Positions 28,340-42,010 of a stretch of 64,000 bases of DNA are shown piece by piece. The stretch is from assembly GCF_009914755.1 (NCBI RefSeq), contig NC_060929.1; one strand, 5' to 3'. The first letter of the stretch is position 1. Each line of letters starts with the position of its first letter. The notes under the pieces were generated by a model, which did no database searches, had not been told where the DNA came from, and saw only the letters and a list, made by a program, of their open reading frames with translations. A program made the translations under genes and the position numbers. This DNA comes from the human T2T-CHM13v2.0 reference genome, Homo sapiens.

Positions 28340-28974
28340 CCAGCCAACTTGTCTGAGCTCACAAAGGTTTTAGGACTCATCTGTGTAAGAGAGAAGTCAC
28401 TGCATATCAGGAAACAGGATGAGGAGTTCCCTCCCATAACCCACAGCTCTCCAAGAGAACAAAGAGGTACATGTCTCTGATTCCCAAAAGTAACTTCCTT
28501 TTTTTTTTTTTAAAAAAAAAAAGGGGATTGTGCTTTTCAAATTTATGGATGTAAATAAAAGACCTCAGGAATTCATGGATTAGGAGCAAAAGATTAAAGT
28601 CAGTACAAATGATATTCTAAATAGGCAGAATGGGTTCAAATTCCTCTCAATTCTTTCTGATTGAATGAAAAGTAAAGAATAAAATCTCTGGCAGAAGAAT
28701 ATAATGAAGGGCATGGTGTGGAACAGGTTGAAACCTGCATTTCTCAAATCCGTATTGTATAAACCAGGCATTACCTTTTGTATTTGTTAAGCTAATTTGT
28801 TTTAATATTAGTATTGAAAACATGTTTGGGTTGCTATTAACATAGGAATTAGGCAGTATTTTGGAGAGCCTCTTTTGAGGGAACAAATGTACAATCAGTC
28901 ATTAAAAATGTAAAAGAAAATACAAATTATAGTTTTCTAGCAATAAATTGATATCAAGCCTGTTTTAAAATGGG

Positions 28975-29343
28975 TGATGTGGTTTGGCTGTGTCCCCACC
29001 CAAATCTCATCTTGAACTGTAGCTCTCATGATTCCCATGTGTTGTGGGAGGGACCTGGTGGGAGATAATTGAATCATGGGGGCAATTTTCCCCATACTGT
29101 TCTCATGGTAGTGAATAAGTCTCACAAGATCTGATGGCTTTATAAGGGGAAACCCCTTTTTCATGGTTTTTCTCTCATTTTCTCTCATGTCTGCCACCAT
29201 GTAAGACATGCCTTTTGCCTTCCACCATGATTGTGAGGCCTCCCCAGTCACGTGGAACTGTAAGTCCCTTAAACCTGTTTTTCTTTATAAATTACCCAGT
29301 CTTGAGTATGTCTTTATCAGCAATGTGAGAATGAACTAATACA
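28975..29343 (+). mobile_element. THE1 (B/C-like) ERVL-MaLR solo LTR, complete
   Basis: TGATGTGGTTTGGCTGTGTCCCCACCCAAATCTCATCTTGAA ... GAACTAATACA, 369 bp, TG...CA ends, 5-bp TSD ATGGG on both sides. Confidence 0.95.
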
Positions 29344-31319
29344 ATGGGCAAATATTTAGGAAAATTTTACTCAATACAAAGAAATCCTGGCCTCAAAACT
29401 GACATGATTTTTACATATACAATATCATGTACAAATAGTTTATAACTTAATCCACATTCTCTTCTTTCATAAGCATATAAGAAGAATACAAGCATACCTG
29501 TGGTATGGGAAATGGAAAGACTACTTACTATTCCCAATTTTGAGTAAACCTAGCTTTCATTTGTGATTATAAGAAATGTTTTTCCTAGTAAAATTCTGAC
29601 CATAATATTTCTAAAAATTAACACTTCATTCATTGATTCACTAACTCATTCATACAGCTAACGTTTATTGAGCACCTACTAGGTTCTAAGAATGTATTAG
29701 TGGAAAAAGCACAAAGATATATAGATCTGGATCACTGACCTCTCCTACTACTCAGAAAGGAATCTGACCCATTATGTAACAGCCAAGAATGGTGAGCTAC
29801 TGAAACACTCTTTCACCTCTTGGTATTTCAGAGGATGAATATGAGGAAGAGGATGCTATGTACATGATTAGTGGACAGACAGGTGGCTGTTTTAAGAACC
29901 ACCTCTAGACAAAATAATTTGCAATAGCTCTGATAAGAAAGATGTCAACACAATTAGCTTTTGCATGCATTTTAAAAATTTTGGTATGGACTTTCCAGTG
30001 AAGGTTTTGTAAACTGATATCTCATCCATACCGAAGGATGGTACCATGTTTTTGCCGGTGGTACTCTAATGTTCAAATTTGTGAAGTAAAGTATGTGGTT
30101 TACTTGTGATGCAACTCCTGCATTTGTTGCCAATGGCAATGGTTGTTTTCTTCATTAGGTTTCATATGGTTGGTCAGGTTATGTCATGAGAATTGTATTG
30201 AGAAAAATTATGAGTTTGTTGAGTGCCAGCTCTCTGCAGTGAGAATGGTTGGGGGGTGAGGGTGGGGGGAACTGGCAGTGTTTCTTCTGGTAGGTGAACA
30301 GAAATGCAGACTCGTGGGCACTCTACACAAGCCTTTCCACATCAACTGGCCTCCCCTCTCCCCATCCCCGGCATCTATTTTCTAGCCTTTAGAAAATTGC
30401 ATACATGTGTCTGGAAAGTTCCATCGATCAGCTCTTTCTGCAGCACTCCACATTTCTGTGGCTTCAGAAAACCTTGAATTGTAATCTCCCTCTTCTCTCA
30501 GGATGCATCACTGAGAAAAACTTAAATCAACTATAATTTTCAACAGATTCTAAACAGGGATTTAGAAAGATAAGGTGGTTACTGAATTGAATTAAAATAA
30601 ATTCAGGCTGTAGTCCAATTGCTTCCAGCTCTTCCCCTCCCTCTGTGGGCTAACAAGTGTTTCCAAAGCCATAGGGCATTAAGAATCCTGAAACAGCTAA
30701 TTAACAGGGCTGCTCTACATCACATGAAGCATGTGGGTTCCAGGCAGCTGTAAAACCTCAGCTTCCTGAGGCTATCCGAGTGATGATGAAGCACTTGGAA
30801 TTGGATCTTGACATTCTGCTACCTGCCTGTGGCAGAAAATAACCTTTTTAACAGGGACTTTAGGCGAGGATAGTACTTTGGGCACAAAAAAGTCTCATTG
30901 CCATGACTATGAAAAAGTACATGAACATTTCCTCATGTTCAGACTGTGACTCATGACTGGCCTGTTAACGGACAGAGGAAGCCTCAGGCGTTCTCTTGAC
31001 ACATCGTCCAACCAAGTGAAATACGGGATTGGTGAGATGCTTTTTCATAGCTTTGAATCAAGTATCTTCCAAAAGGCAGATAAAACCAAGATAAAAGAGG
31101 TCATTGATGCCCTTTTTCAACATTTTTTTTTCCACCTATCTAAAGATTTCGCCAGGAGAAATAGAGGGCTAGCCTACTATATTTCACAGGGAAATAAACA
31201 AAAGCGATAATAAAAACTTAGCATTTTTTCAAAAACATTGGACATGTTGACATGAATTGGTCTCATCTCACATAGATCTGAGTATAAATTATGTGCTTTA
31301 TTAATAAAATATTCTGTCA

Positions 31320-31870
31320 CACTGACAATGTCTTATCTCTTGCCTCCAGCCTATAATCCATTTCCCATAACGTTATAACAAAAGTCTTTCTAAAACGTGT
31401 CATTCCTCTACTTGAATAACCTTGATTTCTTCCTCTATTTCATGGTAGATAATCTGCACATTTCTTATGCGCCTTATACCAAGGCTTTCACTACCGGATT
31501 CACAGCTCTGTAACTTCGTCTCAGGGGACTGGGGAGAATATTCTGGAGCTACAGAAATTTAGTTGCCGACATGCCATGTCCATTTAAACCTATTACCACA
31601 TCTTCCCATTCACTTTCTTTCTGCTGAGTTCTTCGTTTTATCTTAAGGTGCTGATTCAATGTCACTTGCTTTGGGAATACTTTCTTCACCTCTCAAACAG
31701 AAGGAATCACACCCTTTGTCACTTGTATTCACTACTCTATCACCCATACACATGGGTAGGTCTGTGACTTACCTTTTTGTCCCAGATGTCTTTATTATCA
31801 TCTGTAATATACAGAAGGAAGGTGATAAATGACTTGCTGAAGGATAGATGGACAGATAAATGGATGGAAT
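31320..31870 (+). mobile_element. L2 LINE 3' fragments
   Basis: TCTTTCTAAAAC..TCATTCCTCTACTTGAA, AAGGCTTTCAC, TCAATGTCACTT, ending in (ATGG)-like L2 tail. Confidence 0.55.
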
Positions 31871-32159
31871 TAGATCATTGAACTATACCTAAAAGCTCTT
31901 ATAATTCTATATTTTTATGATTTATTTTTAATGAGGAGCTTTTGAAGTGATTACTAGAAAATATACCAATTAGCGACCACAATTAATATTCAGTGACATT
32001 TAAAATTTCAAGTGAGATTTTAATTCACTCCTTGAATTTGTATGTCTTTTATATAGGCATCTCACTACAACGACCTTAGAGGTGGCATAAACTGAAATAT
32101 AAAAGCTGGGTCTATCAAGCAACTAAAATCTGATTTGATGGTTAAAAGGTAAGAGACAC

Positions 32160-32310
32160 ATCTTAAAAATGCATATGTAAAGCCAAAAGCTGGGAATGAT
32201 GCTAATATATTGAGTGACATATAAGCATAGAAAATCATCCACAGATGCTAACAGTAGGCTGAATTAAAAGTATAATAGGAACAAGGTAAAGCACAACATT
32301 TACTTAAAAT
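32160..32310 (+). mobile_element. L3/CR1 LINE fragment (RT C-terminal region)
   Basis: CAAAAGCTGGGAATGATGCTAATATATTGAGTGACA...TAGGCTGAA...TAATAGGAACAAGGTAAAG resembles CR1 TKLGG.AN.L.DR...W.E..FN..K.K coding DNA. Confidence 0.5.
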
Positions 32311-35300
32311 AACAAGCTATGTATAAAACCCAACATTCTCAGCAATAGAAAAATGAAAAAAATGCATTCTAGTATGGTGTATCTCTATAAGATAGACATC
32401 ATGGAAGACTTTAAAATGATGGCTTTGATGAAGTTTAACATGTTTAATGATTTCATAAAAATGTTCATGGTACAGTGTCATTTCAAAGAAAAAAAAGAGA
32501 CAAGGTTTGAAAAGGTCTAGTTAAAGACTATTTGCAGGGGATTTAGTGACCTCTTTGGAGAGAGCTCCTTGTACTGAAGAAGGAGCTGGGCACATAGAGC
32601 TGAGCCCAATAACAAAACCTTGGCTGTCTGAAGGAAGGAGGCATTCTAAATGGAATATGGCAGCTGCACTTGAATGCTTTTCCAGGGATGAATCTCTGGA
32701 TCCTGGGAGAAGCAGAGAGCTTTTAAGTAAAGAGATGTTGCATATAATTCCGTACAGTATCAGGAACAAAGTGAGAAATTTTAACATCCATTGGAGCAGC
32801 TACAAAGCCAAAGCATGGCCTTGTGATAGCTGCTTGACTCCCTGGGTAACAATGAGACCTAATAAGCCTTGGGGAGTCCAGAGAGCTGCTGGTTCTGGTG
32901 GAAGAGCAGTGGTTCCAAGAAGGGGGATGTGTTCCTGTGGGACACATTTAGAACTCCCAGAAATAATGAAATAGATTGTGTAGAAGAATTGCTTCAGCAA
33001 ATGTGGGAAAAAACTAATGAAATTTAAATTATTATAGTTAATGTAACCTCCCTTGTTGCATTAGGCTAGAAAGTCCTGGCAAAATTTAAAGATTCCCTTA
33101 CATAGCTATAGAATAGGAAAAATTAGAAAGTTCACTTATCAAAAGCTTGTTATAGGTAGTGATATGGGCTTTACAAAAAGAAAATAAAGTAAAAAATACT
33201 CAATAATGCAAAATCCAAAATAAACACAATGTAATCATAGACCTCTTTAACTTCAACAGTACAATACTGTTTCACAGCAAACAATCACTTCACTGTTACC
33301 TGAGCTTGGTTAGGATTTGCCTGAAGTAGACAGCCACGCGTTTTATAGGAACAGAGATACTGATGAATTCAGAAATATTTTATGAGAGAAGCGTCTCCCA
33401 AACTGGGAAGCCTCACCTAAGAAATATGCTCAGATGGGCATGACAGTTGTTTCAAGTGGTGAAGACCATTTCCAGGAAGAAAATTCACAAAAACTTTTTG
33501 TTCAGAATTAAGAACAAAAAATGTGCAATACAGAGAAGCAGGCTCACAGCTCAGTATAAAGGCTGGTTTCTAAAAGGCCAGAGCTGTCTCATGACAGATC
33601 AAGCTGCCTGGAAAGGCAATATGCGTTATGTCATCTATGTTCCCAGGAAGAAGCTACCAGACATGTGCTCAAGGCAAGTCAAGTTCTGTGCCAGAGAAGT
33701 GATGAGCCTGCGTGATGTCTACATTCCTTCCAGTGCTAAGATTCAAGATCCTCAGATTTGTGTCTGGGGAAAAACAGTATTACTTGGAATGATTGTAATT
33801 TTCTTGGCTATATTGAAGTCATACAGTATATTTAATTAGTCATTATATTCCCAGCTTTATACAGGTATGAATCTATTCCTCATGGGAGTGAAAACTATGC
33901 CCTGAATGCATATAAATGGCATTTTAATCTAAGATAAAATAGAAATCCTTGATTTAGTTCCATTAGTTCTAGGTCTCTGAAGGTCTTCATATTTAATGGC
34001 TGGCATCTTTACTTGCTCCTTCAGGGTTCTGCAAAACAGGAGTTTGGGGTCAGCGTTCTTCTAGGAGTAGAGTCAGGTCCTGATTCGATTTCATCCAGAA
34101 CCAAAGTTATGTTGCTCTGATTTTAGAGTACACAGAGCTATAGCACTGAAGATAATTTTGAGCCTTATAAGCTAATGTGATATTTCTTTCAGTGTGATCA
34201 ATGGAAGTTGAAAAGCAGGAAGAGTTCTTTCTGTACGTTTCTGCACTTGGTGGGAGTGTCATTGGAGAGAGTTTGGGGAGGGAGGAACTGACACCATTCC
34301 TGTCTACTTTATGCCAAACCTGTGACAGAGACACACAGAGCCTGGAGAGCTACTGGAGTACCTCTATCTGTAGACGAGGAAACAGGAGCTTACAGGGGAC
34401 AGTAGTTTAGTGACATGTAGAGCCCAGGTTAAAACACAGCTCTGTCAAATCAAACCTTGTCTACTTTCAAACAACTGAACACAGCAAAATAATTACATGA
34501 GTGTTTTTAAATGTTGTATTTCAGTTATTGAAAAAAGAAGCCACTCACTCTTATTTTGGAATTATTAAAGTAGCCCAGAATCAAGATTTAAGTGGAAATA
34601 TTTAAGACCAAAGGCACATTTTTTTCTTACCTTCAAAATATTTCGGGCTTCATGTGAAACTAAAGCCTTTAATAAGTTGACCTCAAAGATTGAAAAGAAA
34701 AGCAGATAAGCAATTTCCCGGTAAAGAAAGATTGCTACAAAATCGCTGTAGACTGTATGGAAATTTCAAAGGGTAGTGAAAATGTGCTCTGATGCCCAAA
34801 GTGAATAACAGGATGTGTGACTAAAGCTGTTGACCTACGACCAGCTAACTCACCTCAGAACCTACGGAGCTGCTGACGTTACTTCTCATTTTCTTTCTCT
34901 TTCCCCTTCCTCTCTTTGTCCTTATTTTTGATTCCACCCTCTGCCTCCATTCTGCTTCCTCCTCTTCAATGCTTTCTGTCATCCCGTCTTCCTTCTTTAT
35001 TGTTTCTCTAATTGAGCCTAATATGCAATTCATTGTGAAATTAACATGACCCTAATATGAAAATGTGTTATAGATCACGAAAAACTTCCTGTCTACTACT
35101 ATGTGTCCTGTTAAACCCAGGTTGCTGCAATCTGTTTCTTTCTCTGATAATAATTTTGCTTTCATTGTGCTCAGCGTGGGTTCTTCTGAGCTCACTCCAC
35201 CCTCGCCCTGGGATGTGTGCCCATGTGGTGAGCACAGGGAGGTGGGAGTGCACTGTTAATTCTCTTCCTAAGAAAGAGAATGCGCCTTGTCCCTGTCTGA

Positions 35301-35526
35301 GGAAGACTTCCGAGTACACAGACTCAGAGTCCTGACAGTACGTCCAGCATCACAGAAAAATCTGCCATGGCATTTTATATTCCTAATTGTTCCTAATGTC
35401 AACAGAATAACATCCAAGAGAATTCACATAAATCTCCTGTTGAGAAATTTACTGTTACAGGAGCTTAATACTTCGTAATGCATGTACAGCCTAAATATGT
35501 TGTCCTTGGATGGAGAACACATTACT

Positions 35527-35585
35527 TATTAAAAGCCAGGAGAACAAACACTCTACTTGATCTTAGCCAAAGGCTAAAAAGCTAT
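35527..35585 (-). pseudogene. 3'-truncated U2 snRNA pseudogene (about first 60 nt)
   Basis: Reverse complement ATAGCTTTTTAGCCTTTGGCTAAGATCAAGTAGAGTGTTTGTTCT aligns with U2 5' end ATCGCTTCTCGGCCTTTTGGCTAAGATCAAGTGTAGTATCTGTTCT. Confidence 0.85.
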
Positions 35586-36019
35586 GAATATAATGGTGGG
35601 AGTTCACGGCGCTGAGAGCAACACAAAACCACTTTAGAGAACCTGCACTGTGAATTCTGGTTCTTCTCAGCTGATGGCATTGCATGCTTTCTTTAACCTC
35701 ATGATTCTGTGTTTTAGAATGAAGACATTGTGCTGCTAACCCTCATAAAAGCAGGGTAAATGATGGAGAGGCCAAGCACACCCTCAACTCGTATTGACAG
35801 AATTATCCCTCAAACTCCCAGAGTTATTTGACATTATTAACATGGTCTGTAGTATTCATTTTATTTATTCTTTCAAAAATATTTGTAGAGTACCTTCTCA
35901 ATTACAGTCAGTCACAAGACCGGGCCCTGTAAGGGTTAAAAATAAATACTGAAATATAAGCAATATGAAATAAATTCCTGCTTCTAAAGTTACAGGTCTA
36001 GGAGGGAGCAGACAGCCCC

Positions 36020-36195
36020 GGGCTTAGAATCCTAAGACTTGATTCAAGTGCTGCTTCTGCCACTCACTCTCTGAGTGACCTTAGGCAACTCACTTACACC
36101 TCTGTCTCTCACTTTCTCTCCTCATAAATCACAGATTATATCCAGCTCCTGGGATGTTATGAGACAAAACGAGAGAATGTGTGAGAAACTGCCCT
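36020..36195 (+). mobile_element. MIR SINE
   Basis: TTCTGCCACTCACTCTCTGAGTGACCTTAGGCAACTCACTTA...CTCACTTTCTCTCCTCATAAA. Confidence 0.8.
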
Positions 36196-36660
36196 GGGTA
36201 CTCTGACTACACAAAAATAATGCACTGCAACTAAAGTATTTTCAAAGTCTAGTATAGGATACAATGTGTGGCTCCGAAACACAATAAGTGAAAATAGAAG
36301 AGGGACCTTAAACAAGCAAATGGTGACTTTACTAAAGCAGTGACAACAGAACTCAGTTCTATGGGCTCAGAGAAGAGATAAATCCATGAGTAGTAAGGGT
36401 ATAAAGGGCTTCCCTGGGGAGGAAACGTGGCACAGAAACGGAACTAAGATTAATTAAGGATGGGCAATAGGATGGTAGGCATTATTCCCATTGTACTCAT
36501 GTGGAAGCTAAGGCTTGGAAATATTTCATAACAAGTCTGAGGCCACAGTAGAACCAATACGTGGCAACGCCTACATTTAAAACCAGTTTACTTTTATTTT
36601 TTTTCATTTCAAATTCCGGGCACTTAAAATACTAGCAACCAACTTTGAGGCTCCAAGAAG

Positions 36661-36661
<1 letters not shown>

Positions 36662-36698
<37 letters not shown>
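36662..36698. repeat. (TG)18 microsatellite
   Basis: Pure TG run. Confidence 0.97.
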
Positions 36699-36701
<3 letters not shown>

Positions 36702-36749
36702 GAGGAAGTGGGCATGGAGTGAAGGAGGAAAGTAAGAACACCACATGGA

Positions 36750-37480
36750 AAAAGCACTAACAAGGGTGGCCAATGCAACAATGCATGTGATGTATTTGGG
36801 GGATTATGGATGGAAAATCCAGCTGGCATAGAGGTTTGTGCCGTGAAGGAGAAGAACGCAAGGTGGTAAAAGCATGCTGAGAATAAGTGAATATGCAAAG
36901 GAGTTTGGACATTTTCCACTACAAAATAAGGCCTCTTTGGAAATCTTCAAACAGAGGAGTGATCTAATCCAGGTGGTTTTAAGAAGATGGGTTTGGCATC
37001 ATGTAAACTAATTGACTGGGGAAGAAACAGAACAAAAAGGCCCTTGATCTGCAGAGATATGGCTCTGGCTTAGGGTAGAAGAGACAGAAGGACAGGAACT
37101 GGTATGAAGGGAGATTTGAGAAAAGAGTGACTGATTGGAATTGGAATTGGAGCTGAAGGTGGCTGTGTTAAAAAATGACTGTAGGCTTCAAGCTTAGGTG
37201 GCAGAAAGAATGATCATGACATTCACAGAAGTGGGGAAGTCAGGAGGATGCTGATATGCAGGGAAGAAGAGTCAGCTTACACCCATTGAGTTCAGTGGCA
37301 AGACAGTCAAATGGAATGTCCGATAGGTAGGAAATCAGAGCAAGACTAGCAATCTGACTGCAGACTCAGGAGTCCCCGAGGAGCCTGAGTGAGTTCCGTG
37401 GAGGTGCATGATTTCCATGGGAGCAACACACTCAGAGGCAGAATGACTCAGGAACCACGTCCTGGGAGATGTCCAGCGTC
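36750..37480 (-). mobile_element. L2 LINE fragment
   Basis: AAGGAGTTTGGACATTT, TTCAAACAGAGGAGTGATCTAATC, AAAATGACTGTAGGCTTCAAGCTTAGGTGG...GGGGAAGTCAGGAGG typical of antisense L2. Confidence 0.7.
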
Positions 37481-38271
37481 CAGCTGTGAATACCACAAAC
37501 TTTTGTCTATAGTGATGATGAAATATTGACTCTGGAATTTTGGATTTTGTGCCTTAAGGGAAGCTTGCAAACGGTGGCCAAGCACCTAGAGAGAGAACTA
37601 GTCATATGATTTGTTTATTTCATGCCTGCTGAATAATTGTTTAGTTAATAAATGTCCTTATGTAAATCAGAATTTAATCTAAGATGCTTTTATTCTAATT
37701 AGGTGGTGACATTATAAGGAAGTAGTTAACTCCTCTCACCTCCAACTTCACTGGCAGTTACCAATGTCCAACCAAAACAACCAAAATGTGTTCATAATAA
37801 TATTGGTTTAGGTCAGTTGCCAAAACAGTTGAACATGAACATCTAGCCTTTTAAAGGATGAAGATTCATTCATAATGGTTCAACCAAAAAGAAAAGAATG
37901 GTTTTAGAAATGTTTTCCAGGCACATTTAATGCAAAGGAAAGCTCTAGTAAAACAATTATCTGCTTGACTTGTTCATTTCACGTGGATGGGGATTAGACC
38001 TTCTGATCAACACCTGCCTATTCAACATTTATCTATATATGAAATGGCTTTTTTAATGTAAGAATTTTTTCCCCTTAGGGGCTCATAGATTAAGCCGTGG
38101 TGACAGAGAGCAATTGCATTTTTAAGTGTTACTACTTAGGTATAAATGGTGATCATCTGATTTAATCCCTATCCCAGTGGGCCATCATGAAAATACAGCT
38201 CATATATACAGCTCCTGTGGCGTGCAGGACGTTACCATGTGGTATTTGCCAATATGGGACATTGCACTCAT

Positions 38272-38393
38272 GTGTATACACACACATGCACAGACACACA
38301 TGCACAGGCACATGCACACACACAGATGCACATACAGACATGGACACAGACATACACACAGACATGGACAGATACACAGACACACACACAGAG

Positions 38394-38438
<45 letters not shown>
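38272..38438. repeat. Compound degenerate (CA)n tract ending in pure (CA)20
   Basis: CACA/CAGA/CATG-interrupted repeat followed by an uninterrupted CA run 38397-38437. Confidence 0.93.
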
Positions 38439-38442
<4 letters not shown>

Positions 38443-39986
38443 ACTCTAGCTATCTCTGAGGTAATTCAACAAGCCCTGCAGTTGGCTTCATCTTTATATT
38501 CAGAACTTGTTTTTTTATCTTTCCTTTGAAGAGTAATCCTATCTGAGACAGAAAGAAGATGAGTCACACTGAGGCAAAACTTTGTAGGTAGAAATGTGCA
38601 TAAATGCGCTTCTCTAAGATGCTCATGAAGAAAAGACAAAAGAACAGCCATGTCGCTGAGATGCCATCTGTGAGGCTGGCACAGTGAGGCACGACATCCC
38701 TGGTGCTTCCCGGCAGCCTGCGAGGGCTGCCTCCCTCCTTCCCTCCCTCCCTCCTGCTTGCAGGTCCGCTTTCAGAGCCTTCCCTCAGGGCTTATGTTCC
38801 ACTGACCTATAAATGTTTACTGTAATTATACCAATTGTCACCTCCTGCATTGTCCACCATTCTTCTTGCCCTTCTCTATTTTTAAAAATTTTGTCTTCAA
38901 AATAGCATGCTTCACAGTAAAAATCTCAAGTGAAAATATAATAAAACAAACAAAACATAGTTCATCAAGGCATTCAAAACAACTCTTTGTGACAACAGTT
39001 TAAAAAACAGTGAATTAATGATGAATTGTGCAAAAAAAAGTTTAAGATGCCATCTCTGATCCTTCATATAACACTTTTTTTCAGCTGGAAAAATCCAAGA
39101 ATGAATGAAAGAGCTTGTAGATAGGCCCAGACAGTGGGCAGCATGGCTCTTCTCCAGCCTGGGACACAGCTCATCACTCAGGGTGGATCCTGGAGAGAAG
39201 CTGCCTGAGTTCAGCCTTTGCCTATCCCAGTACTCACTGTGTGCACCCAGAGGAGCTTCTGTGTATCTGTGAGACCCTGTTTCCTCATCTGCAATACCAG
39301 GACTCATATCCTAGCGGGGCTCTGAAAACTAGATCAGCTAATGTAAGGCTTGGCCATGTATTTTCTCAAGAATCGTTGCTGTGAAAGAGCCAGTGAAGTC
39401 ACAGAGGGTAAAGTCAATGGTCAACCTTCCTGATTAATGAATATTGATTGAGCATTCACCATTTAATAGTTAGCTCCTTCTAAGTCTAATCGTTTTTAGT
39501 TTCTCCTGACACCTGTCATGTAAGAGGCTCTATATGTGAGGATAGACTTAGGGGGCAGTTGGTTCCTCTTTTTGGACACAGAACAGGAAGAATAAAGAGA
39601 TCTCAGAAGGAAAAGGAAAGTGGGAGGAGGCTGGGTCTGTGGGTTCCCCGGTGGATCACGCTGAAAGAATACCTGGCAGACACTTAATCTCTGCGGCAAA
39701 TGCATGAAAGTAGAAGGATGAAGCCAACTTTCCAAAAACTTTTATGAAATTACTTCAGTGAGAAAACCTATTAAATAAATTACAGCCATTCTATAAAAAT
39801 AGAATTCTATGTTACTTCTATATATATACTTCTACTATATATACTTGTACTATATTACAGTAGAAATCAGTCAATCCAATCCCCTATTGGGCAGAAGGGA
39901 AACTTGCCTCGGACCACACTGTCGGCTGGGGTCCTTAGCACGGTACTAGGTCTCCACCTCCATGCACTACCCTGGTTCAGAGCTGG

Positions 39987-40393
39987 TGCTATGGGTTGAA
40001 TTGTGTCCCTGCAAAAATAGGCTGAAGTTCCAACCCCAGTACCTCAGAAAGGGACTTTGCTTGGAAATAGGGTCTTTAGAGAGGTAATCGAGTTAAAATA
40101 AGGTCATTAGAGTGGGCCTTATCTGATGTGAGGGGAATTCTTATAAAATGGGGAAATGCAGACACACACATATGCAGGAGGAAGGCACTATGAAGAAACA
40201 AAGAGAGAAGACGGCTATCCAAGGAGAGAGGCCTGGAACAAATCCTTGCCTCACGGTTCTCAGAAGGAAACAACCTTGACAACACATTACTTTTGGATTT
40301 CTGGCCTCCAGAACTGTGAGACAATGCATTTTGGCTGTTGTAAGCCACCTAGGTTGTGATACTTCCTTACAGCAGCCCTAGGAAATGAATACA
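39987..40393 (+). mobile_element. MLT1B-like ERVL-MaLR solo LTR, complete
   Basis: TGCTATGGGTTGAATTGTGTCCC ... GGCCTCCAGAACTGTGAGACAAT ... CAGCAGCCCTAGGAAATGAATACA; 5-bp TSD GCTGG preserved at 39982 and 40394. Confidence 0.92.
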
Positions 40394-41904
40394 GCTGGGG
40401 ACCAGGCTTTTAGTCAAAAGATCAGGGAGGAAGTCTGGTGTCTTGGGAGAAATTTCTAGATTATAGGAGTCACTGAATATCGTAACTTTGAAAAATCCAT
40501 TTTGAATCTCACCAGAAACACAAAAGCCTGTAGAAATCCAATTATACAAATTTACAGTCTAGAAAAGGAAAAAAAATGAAATTACTCTTCATGCACATTT
40601 AAGCAGAGTTTAGGACTGGAAAATAAACAAGGCTTTGGTAACTGGGGAGTGCAGTGCTAACAACACAGTTGCAGGTATGTGGCTGTGTGGGTTTGAGCTT
40701 GGCTCTGCCTTTTACCAACTCCGTGACCTTCAGTCACTGCCCCCACTGTCTTCAGCTTTCTCCAAAAAGAGTGTTGTGTGTCCTCTTGGAGGCCATACCC
40801 TGGGGTGCTCAGCACAGGGTTTCACACACAGTGACTATTAACTGGATTTTAGCTCCTATTATAATTACTAATAGCAGATAATTGCCTTATTAAAAAAATT
40901 AAAGGCAAGCCCCCAAAAGTTAAGAACATATGTACTTGTTTGCTTTTTCATCTTCTTAGATGACACTTATTTTAAGTTTTCTTTGTATGTAATTCATTCT
41001 AGCTCTCTTATTCAGCAGTATTTCTTTCATTTGAAAACAGCATAATATTTAGATGCCAAATGTGATCATCAAATGCAAGAATATGGATATCCCACTAAGC
41101 TATCTAGTTATGCTCAAACCCAAACAAGTAGAAAGCCCTTATGTACAAAGTGATTCTTTTCATGAACTTGGAAATTTTTCAAAATCAGGTTGCTGAGTTC
41201 TGATTTGGAGCAGCCTGTCGCAATACCAAATCACCTTTGAATAAACTTATCCTCTCAGCTTTTATTGTTCAGAATTGATTTCGAGGATAGAAATTCCATT
41301 TCCTTGTCATATATACCTGAGCCGTTGCATCAAATTGTCAGATCAAACCTAAAATGCAGCACTTCGCAGATGGAGGAGAGACATTCTCTCTAAAAAAAAA
41401 AAAAAAAAAGTCAACCAAGTCAGAAGTTGTGAAGCTGCTGAAAAAAGCAAAAATAAACACTCTTAAGCAGGAAAATAGAAGACCTGTTGCTTGTGGGAAA
41501 TAGATTTTCTAGAAGTTAGATCAGCTGGAAATATTGTCATGGACATGCCAAAAGGCAAGTGAAGGAAATGTACTGAATGTTGTTGGCTTTGCACTAAGAG
41601 GATCTCAGGAAGCAGTTCACAAGAGTGCCACCACATGCATGGAAGGACCAGCTCGTTAGATGCTTTGGGCAAATAAAAATTTTCTGTAGAGTTATTTTGT
41701 TCTGCTGGAGCCATTAAGTGCTCCTTGCTACATGAAATGGTATATAGCCCTTCAAATGGGGGCATTTAGCAATATAAAATATATTTACCCTGTCCGTTCT
41801 TGAGGATCACTCTTTAACTGTAGAGAATATGTCTTCTAAGGCACCAGAGACATCCAGAGATAGAGGGCTGCTGATATTAATAACACATAAACTTTGGGTG
41901 AAGG

Positions 41905-42010
41905 CATAGGGGAAGCCAGCCCTCACTAGAACTCCACTATGCAGGCACCCCGATCTCACACTGCCAGCCTCCACAACCGTGAGAAAATAAGCATCTGTTG
42001 TTTAAGCATA
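41905..42010 (+). mobile_element. MLT1A-like LTR 3' fragment
   Basis: CCCTCACTAGAAC...GCAGGCACCCCGATCTCACACTGCCAGCCTCCACAACCGTGAGAAAATAA...TGTTGTTTAAGC. Confidence 0.75.

Noticed and set aside
28497-28524. CC-T13-A11-GG near-palindrome
   Set aside because: Adjacent mononucleotide runs are common; no further structure.
32521-33839. 142-aa and 130-aa plus-strand ORFs
   Set aside because: Non-ATG starts, no recognisable domain, partly overlapping old L3/MIR3-like DNA.
38162-38529. His/Thr and Val/Cys repeat ORFs
   Set aside because: Translations of the compound (CA)n tract.
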